DNA of 64,000 bases, taken from positions 4,672,001-4,736,000 of the forward strand of contig CM000151.3 of the NCBI GenBank assembly GCA_000004695.1, read 5' to 3'. Source of the stretch: Dictyostelium discoideum. Its lineage: Eukaryota. How positions within the stretch are numbered: position 1 is the first letter of the stretch; the number at the start of each line of letters is the position of its first letter. A program made the translations under genes and the position numbers. Below are positions 40,730 through 58,778 of this stretch, in pieces. Under the pieces are notes generated by a model. The model was not told the DNA's origin and ran no database searches. It was given only the letters and a program-made list of their open reading frames with translations.

Positions 40730-40737
40730 TATAAATA
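40730..40737 (+). promoter_or_regulatory. TATA-box-like element (TATAAATA) followed by oligo(dT), about 138 bp upstream of the ATG at 40875
   Basis: 'tttttttttttttttgggaaatataaatagaacaatttttttttttttt' read directly. Dictyostelium promoters typically pair a TATA box with a downstream oligo(dT) run. Confidence 0.4.
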
Positions 40738-40874
40738 GAACAATTTTTTTTTTTTTTTATTATTTTATTCATCACAATTAAATATAAATTTAAATATATA
40801 AATATAAATAAAAATGTCAATTTCATGGGAAGGTAATAAAATATAATAATTTTTTTTTTTTTTTTTTTTTTCTC

Positions 40875-41944
40875 TTGAAATCAAATTTTTTTTTTTTTGT
40901 TTTCTTTTTGACTCTAGTTCTAATCCCTATAGCATATAATGCAGCACAAGGTAGACCAGCCGATTGGAGACCAAACCAACCAACTCAACCAACCCAACCA
41001 ACCTACCAACCACAAGTCCAACAACCAACTTACCAACCACAAGTTCAACAACAAGTTACTTATAATCAATTTGGTCAACCAGTTTATGGACAACAACCAA
41101 ATTATAATCAACAAGCATGGGGCTCATCTACCGGTGCTACACCATCAATTACTCAACATTCATACCCAAGTACAACACCAACACAAGCTGAACTTGACTC
41201 TCAATCAGCTGCAAGTGGTGCCGCAATAGTTAGTGGTCAATTAAATTTTGATAATTCATATGGTGAAGTAAAAACTGATATGAGATTCATAGTTACTTCA
41301 CATTCTAATCCATATGATTGCGCCATTACTTTTATGGTACCATATGATGAAGAGCCAAAGGAATTATCATATTTAGTTTATAGTAAGTATTTTTATTATT
41401 TTTTATTGATCTTAAATTTTCCTACTAAAATAATTTTTTTTTTTTTTTTTTTTTTTTTTAATAGATAATGATAGATCTAGGGTTTATACTTCAAGTGTAC
41501 AAGTTGGAACCATTCGTAGTAGAAACATATTCCATGGTAAAGATTCTCAAGATGCAAAGGTTAAATGGGAAATGATTACAATTCCACAATCAATTAACCA
41601 ACAATTTTCACCATACACCTTGGACACAAAAATTGAAATCAATTTAAAAAGAATTCCAACTGGTTCAATGATTTTAGGTAATATTGTTTCATACCCTGGT
41701 CCAACTGCTGTTATTGGTAGAATGTTAAATATTTCATTTAATCAACTTAAAGGAAAAAATCGTAAGTAAATAAATAAATAAAAAAAAAAAAAATAAAAAA
41801 AAAAAAAATTCTATTCTAATTTTTAATATTTTTATAGTTATTATCCAATGGAGTTCTCAAAATAAATATTTTTTCAATGGTGGTAATTATACAAGTACTT
41901 CATCATTATTACCACAAGGTGGTTTTGAAAACGCAGGATTTTAA
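40875..41944 (+). CDS. Secreted protein with signal peptide, Pro/Gln-rich (PTQ/QPxY) repeat region and a C-terminal globular domain of unknown family; 3 exons: join(40875..41382, 41465..41761, 41838..41944)
   Basis: Signal peptide 'MKSNFFFFVFFLTLVLIPIAYNA'. Repeats 'QPTQPTQPTYQPQVQQPTYQPQVQQQ'. Both introns start GTAAGT and are phase 1. Splicing gives '...ELSYLVYNNDRSRVYTSSVQVGTIRSRNIFHGKDSQDAKVKWEMITIPQSINQQFSPYTLDTKIEINLKRIPTGSMILGNIVSYPGPTAVIGRMLNISFNQLKGKNLIIQWSSQNKYFFNGGNYTSTSSLLPQGGFENAGF'. Confidence 0.6.
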
Positions 41945-42056
41945 ATTGTTTTTAAAAATAAAAAAATAAATATATAATTATATATTCACATACAATTTTT
42001 TTAAAATATATTGATTTTTTTATTTTTTATTTTTTTTTTTTTAAAATTCTTAATTT

Positions 42057-44839
42057 TTAAACTAATTGATCAGCATATATTGATTTACTATCAAAATCAT
42101 CAATACTATTGATTGGTGAAATTGATGGTTGTAATCTTGATTGTGGTGGAGGTAATGGAGGTGATGACATTGAATCAATTGATGAATGTAATATATTATC
42201 ATTTGATTGATTTATTGAATTACCATTCTTTGATTTCTTTGTAGGTTTATTCTTTTTAAAATTTTTCTTTATTCTATTTTTTAATAAAATTCTTGAAGTT
42301 TTACTATACAATTTAAATTTAATATTTAATACTAATCCAACAACTAAAATTACACCTATTACAATTATTGCTATTACCCAACCATTCTTTTCAATAAAAC
42401 CTTTTTGAACATTTTTCGAAATTTTAGAATTATTATTTTCACCACCAATACTATTATTATTATAATTATTATTATTATTATTTGAAAATAATAAATCATG
42501 ATTATATATTGTTAATTCCTTTCCACCACTTTTACCATTAATTATTACATTTACAAATAATAATTTATCAATTATTAAATTTGTTTGTTGTTCAACTAAA
42601 CAAGTTATACATGATGAATTTATAAATGAAATATTTGAACAATTATAATATCCAATTGAAATATAATCAATTTGTTTATAAAATTCATTTCCTGTAATTA
42701 TTACTAAACCAGTTGATTTTGAAATTGTAGTATTTAAAACTAATGGTGGGTAAAATTTAATTGAGATATTTTCATGTTTATTATTAAATACAACTTCCAA
42801 ATATTGATCATTTGGGCCATTAATATTCATTTGGCAAGAAATTGTTGAGAAATTTATAAATGTACAATTATAATCTAAATTATTGGTAACACAATGAAGG
42901 TGAGAATTTTCAATTGTTTCTTTTACAAAGTTTTTACCAATAATTAAAATTGAGCCACCTGTTGAATTAAAAATTGGATTTGTTTGAAAATAGTCAACAC
43001 TTGGTGAGATATCAACTTTTAATGGTACTGTGAATTCATTACAAACTTCAAGTTTAAATTCACTAGATCCATACTCTGGTTTCAATGGGAATGAAATTAA
43101 TGAATTTGTAAATTTGATTGATATATTTGCAACATTATCAACAATTATTGAATTTGAAAAAATAATCTTAATTTTACCACTTTTATATAAATCAATAAAA
43201 TCTTGATATTGACCAACACATTCAATCATTTGATTATTTCCAATTGAACAATTATTAACAATTGGTAAATTGTAATTAAATTCTGAATGAATTGTATCAT
43301 TACCAATTGATATCAAAAATCCATTTCTACCACACCCTTTTGGAATTGTAAATGAATATGTATGTTTTGAGAAATCAGTAGAGTTTTTTAAATCAATACC
43401 AGTGATTTTACTATTATCAGATTGTAGTGTAATTATTGGTGTTGAATTATAATTTAATGGATTTATATTATAAAGTGTGAAATTTACAATTTGACCATTT
43501 ACAGATGGAGATGCTGGATTTTGTATCGAATAAAATGGAGAGGTTATTTCAGCAATGTTTGATTTTAAACCATTTACAACTACATTTATTTTTGATTTTG
43601 TTATTTGATTTGGTTTAAATAAAATTGAAGTTTGATTTTCATTAACAAGAATTTTTAAATTAGTTTGTTGAACATCATCAATAAATATTTGAGTAGTTTC
43701 ATTTGTACCAAAGAAATTACCAGATAGTTTCACTTCACCTTGTATAATTATTATGTTTGTTATAATAGGTTGATCAAATGAGAATAGTAATTTATTTTCA
43801 TTTGAAATTGAATTAATGGTTAATTTGATAGGTAAATTAACTGAATCACCATTATTAATAATAGGATCAATTCTACAAATTAATTGTTGATTTATAAATG
43901 TTACATTTTTACAATCATATGTACCAATTTTAACAAGTATAGTCGAATTGGCTAGCAATGATGGTGGTGGAGATAGTCTTGAACCTGTTATTGTTATTAG
44001 ACCACCATACTTTTTTGAAACACTATTGGCACTGTTTAAAATTGGTTTATAATCAAATGAAACATGATTGGATCCTAAGCCACCAGATATTATATGCAAT
44101 GATACTGATTTACTATATGGTTGGATGTATGCTATTTCAAAAATTTCATGATCAATTAGAGTTATATTAGATTTATCAATTTTGATACCCTCTATGAAAA
44201 TTGTTACATAATCTATAATGTTACAAAAGTTTGATCCATTTGCAATTATTTTAGTATCACTTGATGAAACACTTGAAATGTTTGGTTTTTGATGATTAAA
44301 TGTATAGTTGAAATTATTTGGCCAAGTGAATGTTCTAGGACCACAACCTCCTTTATAATCAAGAGTTAAGTTTGTAATATCAATTGTTGAAGATTCAAGA
44401 TCACCAATAATTGGCACCTTTGTTGAAGGAAGGATAGTAAATTTTGTAATACCAAAAACTAAATAATATCCTTGAATATTAACATAACCACCTTTAGTAG
44501 GTGGTTTAAATTCACCATCTATTATTGGTTGTGGATAATAATCTTTCCACAAAAATGAATTACATTCAGATGCTCCGTTTGTACTTGTAATACAATTTAA
44601 AATTTGACCTTTAAATTTCTTAACTATTGTTTCATTAACAGAACCAACACAAGTTCTAATAACTGTATTATTTGTACAAGAAAATGGTAAATCTACATCT
44701 GTAAATTCCCATTTTGAAAAATAATTACTATTTTTATCAAATATATAAGTTATTGAATCTTTTGTAAAATTTGATCCTTTTTATAAAAATAAAAAACTAA
44801 CATTATTAATTTTTTTGTTTATTTTTATTATTATTTTCC

Positions 44840-44891
<52 letters not shown>

Positions 44892-44986
44892 AATTATTTA
44901 CCTTTAATAATTATTGGATCTAACTGGCAATTTATCCCAATTATAAAAATTGAAATTAATATATTAAAAAATATTAGATTCTTCAT
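42057..44986 (-). CDS. Type-I membrane glycoprotein with tandem IPT/TIG-like immunoglobulin-fold repeats, one TM helix and a short basic cytoplasmic tail (Tgr 'tiger'-family-like), about 934 aa; join(44986..44902, 44776..42057) on the - strand
   Basis: Exon 1 encodes signal peptide 'MKNLIFFNILISIFIIGINCQLDPIIIK' and ends at a GTAAAT donor (phase 1). A 125-nt intron ends AAAAAG. Ectodomain has repeated IPT/TIG hallmarks 'ITITGSRL', 'ILIIGKNF', 'LVIITGNEF', 'IISGGLGSNHVSF', and many N-x-[ST] sequons. TM helix 'GWVIAIIVIGVILVVGLVL' is followed by 'NIKFKLYSKTSRILLKNRIKKNFKKNKPTKKSKNG'. Confidence 0.7.
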
Positions 44987-45073
44987 TTTATTATAATAAA
45001 TAATAAATTAATATAAATCAATAAAATAAATAATGATGGTATTTTTTTATTTTTATTTTTGTTTTTATTATTT

Positions 45074-45104
<31 letters not shown>

Positions 45105-45633
45105 TTTTTTGTTTTTTATTTTATAATATTTTTTTTTATTAATATTGTTTTTGTTTTTATTAATAAATACTTGTTCATCATATTTTTTGTTTATTTTTTT
45201 TTTTTTTTTTTAATTATTATTATTATTTTTTTTATTAAATCTGACAATACACACACTCTCACCACATTTTTTGGTCGATTTATGGCTATTGGGATTATTT
45301 TACAAAAACACACAACTGCAATACCACACCAAACAAATTATTATAAAACAAAGAATAATTTAAATACCAATATTTAATGGCAAAAAAAAAAAAAAAAATG
45401 TTATCACGATTAAAAAAAAAAAAAAAAAAAAATTTAATAAAATATTATATTGGAATTTAATTTTATTATTTTTTTAGTTTTTTAACATAATGAAAACAAT
45501 GAAACTATTCTTTAAAAAAAATTTTTTAGGTTGACTTTTAAAAAATAATAATACAACACAGTATTTCTTGAAAGTGTGGGTTTTTTTTATTTTTTATTAA
45601 TTCTATTTTTAAAAATTAATAATTGTTTTTATA

Positions 45634-45642
<9 letters not shown>

Positions 45643-45708
<66 letters not shown>
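45643..45708. repeat. (ATT)n microsatellite
   Basis: 'attattattatt...' for about 65 bp, read directly. Confidence 0.9.
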
Positions 45709-45709
<1 letters not shown>

Positions 45710-46639
45710 TTAAAGAACATATTTATTTTCTAACAGATGATCAATTATATTTTTTTTATTAATTTTATTTTATAAGTTTCTGATAAAAAACACTCTTGCC
45801 AATTTTTATTTTTTATTTTTTAATTTTTTAAAGTTTAGATAAGGATTTAGTGTGGTAAAATTAAATTTAATAAAAAAAATAAATGAAAAATAAATATAAA
45901 TTAATAAAATAATATTAATCATAATTGGGTTTTGTTTTAAAAGTTAAAAAAACGATCAGTGAATAGATTTAATTTTATTATTTTCACAATAGAACTATTT
46001 TAATTATTTAGTTTTTAATTATGTGGACTTTTAATGAAAAATTGATTAAAAAGATTCCTCATATTGATTTTTGATTCGCATTATCAAGATAGTTTAAGGT
46101 GATGATGAAAACTTTGATCCACCAACTCAAACTGGATATTTAATATTTTTTGTGGTGCGAAATGATTTTAGTTTTAGTAACACCACAAAAAATACCTTAA
46201 AGAATAATTGTGGCACAACATAATAAAAGGTAATTTAACTTTTTTTTTTTGACCCTTATATTAGTAAAAAAAAAAAAAAAAAAAAAAAAAATAATAATAT
46301 GTTTCTTCTAATTTTCCATACTTTAATTTATTTAGTTTTTTCTATTTTTTAAAAAAAATAAAAATATCAAATAATTATTGATTTTAAATTAATTTGTTAA
46401 AATATGAATTTTAACTTAATTATTTTTTTTTTTTTTTTGTATTAAACTTTGTAAATAATCTTTTACTTCACTGGTTTCTTTAACAATTATGAACAATAAT
46501 TTTATGTGAATTTTTTAGAAAAAAAAAAATTTATTTTTAAAGACTATAAACATTATAAATCAAAAAATCAAAAAAAAAAAAATTTAAAAAACCTCAGTGT
46601 TCGAAGGTTAAAGGTCAAAGACTGCTCAAAGAAAAATTA

Positions 46640-48060
<1,421 letters not shown>

Positions 48061-48550
48061 CGGTTTGATATTTTTCAATCATTTTCAAATAAAATTACAA
48101 AAAATAGTACCACTATTTATTTTCAAAAAAAAAAAGACTTTGTTGAAAAAAAAAAAAGATAGATATCATAGATTTATAATTATTCATTAGTTTGAAACAA
48201 AGTGATTTTAACTTTATTTAAACTAAAGTTAATTAAAAAACTTATTAAAAAAAAATAAAAAAATAAAAAAAATAAAAAAATAAAAAAAAGTTCTAGAACG
48301 AATTTTTAACACGTTTGTTTTTTTTTTTTATAAAAATAAAATTTAAAAATAGAAGGTGCCTTCAGAAGATTAATTAAAAAATTATGATGTAATTTTAAAT
48401 GAATAAAAATTTTTTTTAAATAATTTAATTTAATATAAAAATGATTTTTTTTTTTTTATTCAAAGCATCAAATTAAAAAACTAAAAATAGTAAACAACAA
48501 ATAATAATAAACAAATAATTATATATATTTTTTTAAAAAAAAAAAAAAAA

Positions 48551-48802
48551 ATGATAGAAATTAATAATAAAGTAGATTATATATTCTATACAAACAATAC
48601 TCCAAATACTTATAAAATTAAATTAATTTTACTTGAGTTAGAAAAGAAACATAGTATTACTTTTGAAAGTAGATATATTAATATTACAAAAAAAGAAAAT
48701 TATTCAGATGAATTTGTAAAGGTAATTATAATATTTATTATCTTTGTTTTTAAAAAAAAATAATAAAAATTAATTTATCATTTTATTAATTTTATTATTA
48801 TT

Positions 48803-48843
<41 letters not shown>

Positions 48844-49540
48844 TTAATCCAAATAAAAAAGTTCCAGCAATTGTCGATCAAACTGGTGAAAAACCATTTG
48901 TTGTATTCGAATCTGTATCAATTTTAATATATTTAGCACAAAAGTATAATACTTTCCTTCCAGACTTTAAAACCAATCCACATGAAAATTCAGACGTTAT
49001 TACATGGGCAGTTTGGCAAGCAGGTATGTTTAAAAAGATAAAGAAATATTATTAAAAAAATCATTAATAATTTTTAACAATAATATCTTTTTTTTTTTTA
49101 ATAAATTAGCCAACCTTGGACCAGCATTTGGACAATATTTCCATTTTTCATACTTTTCACCAACTGTCCAAGAATATTCTTTACATAGATTCAATAATGA
49201 AGCTCAACGTGTTCTTAGATTATTAGATGATAGATTATCAGTATCACAATATATTGGTGGAAATGAATTCTCAATTGCAGATATTGCAAGTGCAGGTTGG
49301 TTATTATACTTAAACTTTGCACCAATATATAAAGCAACTAAAGAACGTTTCCCACATATTTTTAAATGGTTAGATTTAATTAATCAAAGAGATGCTGTTA
49401 AAGAAATTAACCAATCAATTTCAGAAGGTTTTAAAACTTTTAATCCAAGTGCACTTCGTGCATTATTTACAGATGATCCTGAATTAATCAATGCTAAAGC
49501 TCCGATTGGTATTGAAAATGTTGTTTTAAAATATGATTAA
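48551..49540 (+). CDS. Glutathione S-transferase, Nu-class/Ure2p-like, about 260 aa; 3 exons: join(48551..48721, 48843..49023, 49110..49540)
   Basis: N-terminal thioredoxin-like GST fold 'INPNKKVPAIVDQTGEKPFVVFESVSILIYLAQKY'. Nu-class motif 'ANLGPAFGQYFHFSYF'. C-terminal helical domain 'VLRLLDDRLSVSQYIGGNEFSIADIASAGWL'. Introns start GTAATT and GTATGT and end AAAAAG and AAATTAG; phases are 0 and 1. Confidence 0.7.
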
Positions 49541-49859
49541 AAATATAAAATTATAAAATATAAAATAAAGTATTTGTTTAACTCTTTCCCCACTCAATCG
49601 CAAATTAAAAAAAAAAAAAAGGTGTTTCTCTTTTTTTTTTTTATCCAAACTCTTTACTATTCAAAAAAATAAATAATATAAAATATAATATGATAAATAA
49701 TAAAATAAAAAATAAAAAAAATAATAAACAAAACACAATTTTGGTTTTTTTTTAAACAAATTATCATTGAATTGACAAAAAAAAAGTTTGAAAATGGGAA
49801 GTGGGTCAAAAAAAAAAAAGAAAAAAAGGGATTATTTTTTGTAATTTTATTTGAAAAGA

Positions 49860-51290
<1,431 letters not shown>

Positions 51291-51515
51291 AAATTTGTTT
51301 ACTTTTATTTTATTTATTATTTTTATTATTAAAAAAAAAGGTTGTTTTAAATTTGGAGATTAGATTTATTGTTGATTTAATAAATACCCATTATTTTAAT
51401 TTTCAAAAAAATTTAATTAATAAATTTAATGGTTAATTTTTTTTTTTTTTTTTTTTTTTTATTTAATTTTTTTTTTTTTTTATTTTTTTATTTTTTAAAT
51501 ATTTTGAAATAATAA

Positions 51516-52640
51516 ATGGAATGTGGAGATGTTCAAGCTTTAGTAATCGATAATGGTTCTAGTATAAGTAAAGCCGGTTTTGCGGGTGATGATGCTCCAC
51601 GTGCTGTTTTCCCATCAATTGTTGGTCGTCAAAGATATAGGGATGTTATGGTTGGTATGGGTCAAAAGGATTCATATGTAGGTGATGAGGCTCAATCAAA
51701 AAGAGGTATCTTAAATCTCAAATATCCAATTGAACGTGGTATCATAACCAATTGGGATGATATGGAAAAGATCTGGCATCATACTTTCTACAATGAACTA
51801 CGTGTTGCACCAGAGGAGCATCCAATACATTTAACCCTATCTCCATCAAGTTCAAAAGCAAACAGAGAAAAGATGACTCAAATCATGTTTGAAACTTTCA
51901 GTAATCCAGCAATGTACATATCAATTCAATCAGCTTTATCATTATATGCATCTGGTCTTACCACTGGTATTGTCATTGATTCAGGTGATGGTGTTTCCCA
52001 CACTGTACCAATCCTTGAAGGTCATTCAATAAACCATGCTATCTCACGTTTGGATTTGGCTGGTAATGATCTCACTGATTATTTGGGTAAATTATTATCT
52101 GGACGTGGCTATCCATTCATATCAATTGACGAAACAGAAATAGTCAGAGATATCAAAGAAAAACTATCATATATCACATTAGATTTCCAAAATGAAATTA
52201 AAATTGTTTCATCAGCATTAGAGAAATCATATGAATTACCAGATGGTAAAGTGATTTCAATTGGTAATGAACTTTTTCGTTGTCCAGAAGCTCTCTTCCA
52301 ACCATCATTCTTAGGTATGGAATCAGCTGGTATTCACGAAACCACATACAATTCAATTATGAAATGTGATGTCGATATTCGTAAAGACCTATATGATAAT
52401 GTTGTATTATCAGGTGGTACAACTATGTTCCCAGGTATTGCTGATCGTATGAACAAAGAATTAACTGCATTAGCACCATCAACAATGAAAATCAAAATCA
52501 TTGCACCACCAGAACGTAAATACTCAGTTTGGATTGGTGGATCAATGTTATCATCGCTCTCAACTTTCCAACAAATGTGGATTTCCAAAGAAGAATATGA
52601 CGAATCTGGTCCATCAATTGTTCACAGAAAATGTTTCTAA
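51516..52640 (+). CDS. Divergent actin paralogue, 374 aa, intronless: the N-terminal two-thirds is diverged, and the C-terminal one-third plus the start of the 3'UTR is near-identical in nucleotides to the upstream canonical actin
   Basis: '[52 protein letters not shown]...' carries substitutions in the phosphate-1 loop (GSGMCKAG to GSSISKAG) and around residues 38-42 (PRHTG to QRYRD), and a 2-codon deletion near 'MQTAASS'. From about codon 245 onward ('ELPDG...SIVHRKCF'), the DNA at 52230-52700 matches 50750-51200 almost base for base. Confidence 0.85.
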   Translation: MECGDVQALVIDNGSSISKAGFAGDDAPRAVFPSIVGRQRYRDVMVGMGQKDSYVGDEAQSKRGILNLKYPIERGIITNWDDMEKIWHHTFYNELRVAPEEHPIHLTLSPSSSKANREKMTQIMFETFSNPAMYISIQSALSLYASGLTTGIVIDSGDGVSHTVPILEGHSINHAISRLDLAGNDLTDYLGKLLSGRGYPFISIDETEIVRDIKEKLSYITLDFQNEIKIVSSALEKSYELPDGKVISIGNELFRCPEALFQPSFLGMESAGIHETTYNSIMKCDVDIRKDLYDNVVLSGGTTMFPGIADRMNKELTALAPSTMKIKIIAPPERKYSVWIGGSMLSSLSTFQQMWISKEEYDESGPSIVHRKCF

Positions 52641-52818
52641 ATTAATTAATTAAAAATTTTAATGATGAAATTGTTTCTCACAAACAAACAATTTAATAAA
52701 TGCACAATAAAAAAAAAATAATAATAATAATTATTTTTTTTTGAATAATAATTGACTTTAATATAAAAAAAGATATAGAAATTTTTTTATTTTAATTGAT
52801 TTTAAATTAAAACTTGCC

Positions 52819-52849
<31 letters not shown>

Positions 52850-53008
52850 GAGTTTTGAGTTTTGAGTTGAAATATTGTTTATTTTAAAAAAGGAAAAAAA
52901 AACTGAAAAAAAAATTGAAAAAAAAAAAATTGAAAAAAAATTACCAAAAAAAGGCTTCATTTCTGGTAAAAAAAAAAAAAAAAAAATTAAAATAAAATAA
53001 AATAAAAA

Positions 53009-53039
<31 letters not shown>

Positions 53040-53094
53040 AAATATTTTTTTTTTTTTTTTTTTTTTTTAATTTCATTTTTTCATTTTCGCAAAA

Positions 53095-55242
<2,148 letters not shown>

Positions 55243-56090
55243 AAAAAAAAAAAAAAAAAAACTCCTCAACCAAAAAGTATATTTAATAAATAAATTTTTT
55301 TTTTTTTTTTTTTTTTTGGAATTTTAAGTGTTCAAAATTATCTATATCTAGGTGTCTTGGTTTTATTTTTATTTTTAAAAAAAAACCTCAATCTTAAAAT
55401 TGTTTTTAATTTTATCTTCAAATAGATTTTTTTTATTTATTTTATTTTGATTTAATTAATAACAAACCATTTTATTTAGGTAGATAAAACTTTAATTGAT
55501 AAAAAAAAACATATAAATAGATTTACACAAGACCTCTCGAACCATAATTTTATAAAATAGTATAAGAAACTTAAATTTGAAAATGGTGAAAACCTGATCA
55601 CTTAAGATTTAGCAATTTATAAATCATCCAAAGTACATCTAGTCCAATATTGTCCATTTAATACAAACATCTGAAAAAAAAAATAATAATTTAATAATAA
55701 TTTTTCAATAATAATTATTATTATTTTTCAAATTTAATTGTTCAATTTTTTTAATAACCTTAATATGTTCAACAATTTTTTTTTTTTTTTTTTTTTTGAT
55801 ACTGCAAATAAATAATAATAAAAAAAAAAAAAAAAAAAAATTCAATTTTAAATTAATAATTATCAATATTATCTATATTTTAAGAGTAGATAATAGATAA
55901 AAAAACAAAAAAAAAGTATAAATTATTTAGTAGATATATAACAGGTGTATATATTTTTTAATAAATTTTTTAGATATTGAAAATTTCAAATACCAATAAT
56001 TTAATAATACCAAAAAGGATAATTTTTTATTTTTTAATTTATTTTGATTGTAATTTATGACCCCAAATAAAATAACGAGTGGGACGAACG

Positions 56091-56147
<57 letters not shown>

Positions 56148-56669
56148 AAATTTTAATTCGGAATTAATTAAAATTGATATTAAATAAGATTTCTTCTACC
56201 TTCAACATTTTAAAAGGACTTAAATTTATATAACATTTTGAAAATTAAAGATTTTTTTAATAATAAAAAAAAAAAAATAAAAAAAAAATAAAAAAAAAAT
56301 AAAAAAAAAATAAAAAAAAATCACAGATTTATTTCAGATTTTGTTTTTTTTTTATTGTAAAAATTGCACTATATTATTTTTTTTTCACATTAATTTTCAA
56401 CAATTAAATTTTGATTAAATAATAAAAAAAAATATATAAAAAAATAAAAGGGGTTCCATGAAACCACTAAAAATAGGTACTCTTCGTTAGTTTCTAGGGT
56501 GTTTTTTTTATTTTTTTTTATTTTTTTTTATAATTACAATTATATTGTTTTTTTTTTTTTTTTTTTTTTTTATATATTTTCAACTCTTGTTTTGTTATTT
56601 TTTTTTATTCACTGTTTATTTTGATAATTAAAATTTTCTATTTTTTTTTATATTAATATTAATTAATCA

Positions 56670-58554
56670 ATGGAGTCTATTATAAATTTAATATTTTATA
56701 TAATTATTTTTTTAATTTTAATTGATTTTGTAAATATTTATATTTTGAAAACTATATATTATAATAAAATATAATAATATATATTATATTAAAATAATTT
56801 TTTTTTTTTTTTAAATACAGTTAAAAAAGAATATATCTTTTAGGAAAAATGAGCCACCAAGAGGAGGTGTTGCATTTCCAATATTTGGAGATTTACCAAA
56901 ATTAGGAGAGAACCCTCACAGATATTTAACAAACTTGGCAATGAAAAAAGGAGGAATCTATTCAGTTTGGTTAGGAGATGAAAAAGTTTTCATTTTAACT
57001 GACCCAGAAGCAGTTAGAGATGCATGGGTTAAACAGTTTAGAAATTTTAGTGACCATCCAAAAACAAAAAGTGTTAGAATATTTTCCGGTAATTTTAATG
57101 ATATGGCCTTCGCTGAATATTCTCAATGGAAAATAAATAGTAAATGGGTATCATCTGCCTTCACAAAGACAAAATTAAAAACTATTGGTGATTTAATTGA
57201 AAAGGAATCAAATTATTTTATTGAACATTTAAAAGCTTATTCAAATTCTGGTCAACCAGTAAGTAATTTTATTTTATTTTATTTATTTAAACTAATTTTT
57301 GATCAAAATAGAATTAATAGTTTACCACTTGAAGTTTTTTGTTTTTTTTAAAAAAAAAAAAAAAAAACATTTATAAATTTAAACCTGTTTTTTTTTAAAA
57401 AAGCTTTATAAAAGTAATTTAAAATTAATATTAATTTTTTTTAATTTATTTTTTGATAGATATTCCCAAAACCATACATAAGTAAATTTGGAATTAATGT
57501 TATTAGTGGTATGATGTTTAGTCAAGTTATATCAAAAGATGAAAGTGTTGATAAAGGTGCAATGGAGAAATTAACAGTTCCAATTCAAGCAGTTTTTAAA
57601 AGATTAGGAGCTGATAATCTTGATGATTTCATTAGCATTTTACAACCAGTATTTTATTTTCAAAATGAAAAATTTAAAAGACAAGTTCAAGAAATTTATG
57701 ATTATTTAGAAGGAATTTATAATCAACATGATACAAATTTAGATACTGAAAATCCAAAGGATTTAATGGACTTATTAATTATCTCAACTGAAGGTAAAGA
57801 AAGAGATATGATTATTCATATTGGTATGGATTGTTTATTGGCTGGTAGTGATAGTACTTCTGCCACATGTGAATGGTTTTGTCTATTTATGATAAATAAT
57901 CCAGATGTTCAAAAGAAAGCATATCAAGAATTAATTAATGCACTTAAAGATGAAGATAATAAAAAATTCATCCCAATCTCTAAAAAAGATAATTGTCCAT
58001 ATATGTTATCCATCTTTAAAGAAGTTCTCCGTTTAAGACCAGTTGGTGTATTAGGTATTCCTCGTGTTGCTTTAGAAGAAACAACTATAATGGGTTATAC
58101 AATTCCAAAAGGATCTCAAATATTTCAAAATGTTTATGGAATGAGTCATCTCTTTGTATCTGATCCTTATAAATTTAAACCAGAAAGATGGATTGAATAT
58201 AAAAAACAAAAAGATCTTTTAAAAGAAAAAGAAATGCAACAATTACAAGAAGGTGCTGATGTTGTTATTGATAATAAAAATAACATTAAAAATAACAACT
58301 CAAGTAACAAACCTAATTCAAAAACAAATTCTATTTTTGATGATTTAGATAAAGTTTCCATTCCATATTCAGTAGGTAATAGAAAATGTCCAGGTGCATC
58401 TCTCTCTGAATTGGCATTATTTTCATTGTGTTCAAATATTCTTCTCAATTTTGAACTTAAATCAATAGATGGAAAACCAATTGATGATACTGAGGTTTAT
58501 GGTTTAACAATTCATACTAAAGTACATCCAATTAGTTTAACACTAAGACCATAA
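56670..58554 (+). CDS. Cytochrome P450 monooxygenase; 3 exons: join(56670..56729, 56821..57258, 57460..58554)
   Basis: Exon 1 is the membrane anchor 'MESIINLIFYIIIFLILIDF', ending at a GTAAAT donor. Exon 2 begins after 'AAATACAG' with 'LKKNISFRKNEPPRGGVAFPIFGDLPKLGENPHRYL', the PPGP/G-x-P-x-x-G-N hinge typical of microsomal P450s, and ends at a GTAAGT donor. Exon 3 carries the I-helix 'AGSDSTSATCEW', the K-helix 'EVLRLRP', PERW 'KPERW', and the heme-Cys loop 'YSVGNRKCPGASLSE' (F/Y-x-x-G-x-R-x-C-x-G). All introns are phase 0. Confidence 0.78.
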
Positions 58555-58587
58555 TCATTAATCTTTTTATTTAATAATTATTAAATT

Positions 58588-58629
<42 letters not shown>

Positions 58630-58778
58630 AAAACAATTTTTTTATTTTCCAAGATATATTTACTCTTTTTTTTTACATAAAAAAAAAATAATAAAATACT
58701 TTATATATTTATCCATTAAATTTAATAAATAACTTTTTTTATTTTTTATTTATTTATTTTTTATTTTTTATTTTTTTT

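Noticed and set aside
45033-45377. 114-aa ORF 'MMVFFYFYFCFYYFYFFFF...'
   Set aside because: It is a translation of oligo(dT)-rich intergenic DNA upstream of the Tgr-like gene. It is a poly-Phe artefact with no codon periodicity.
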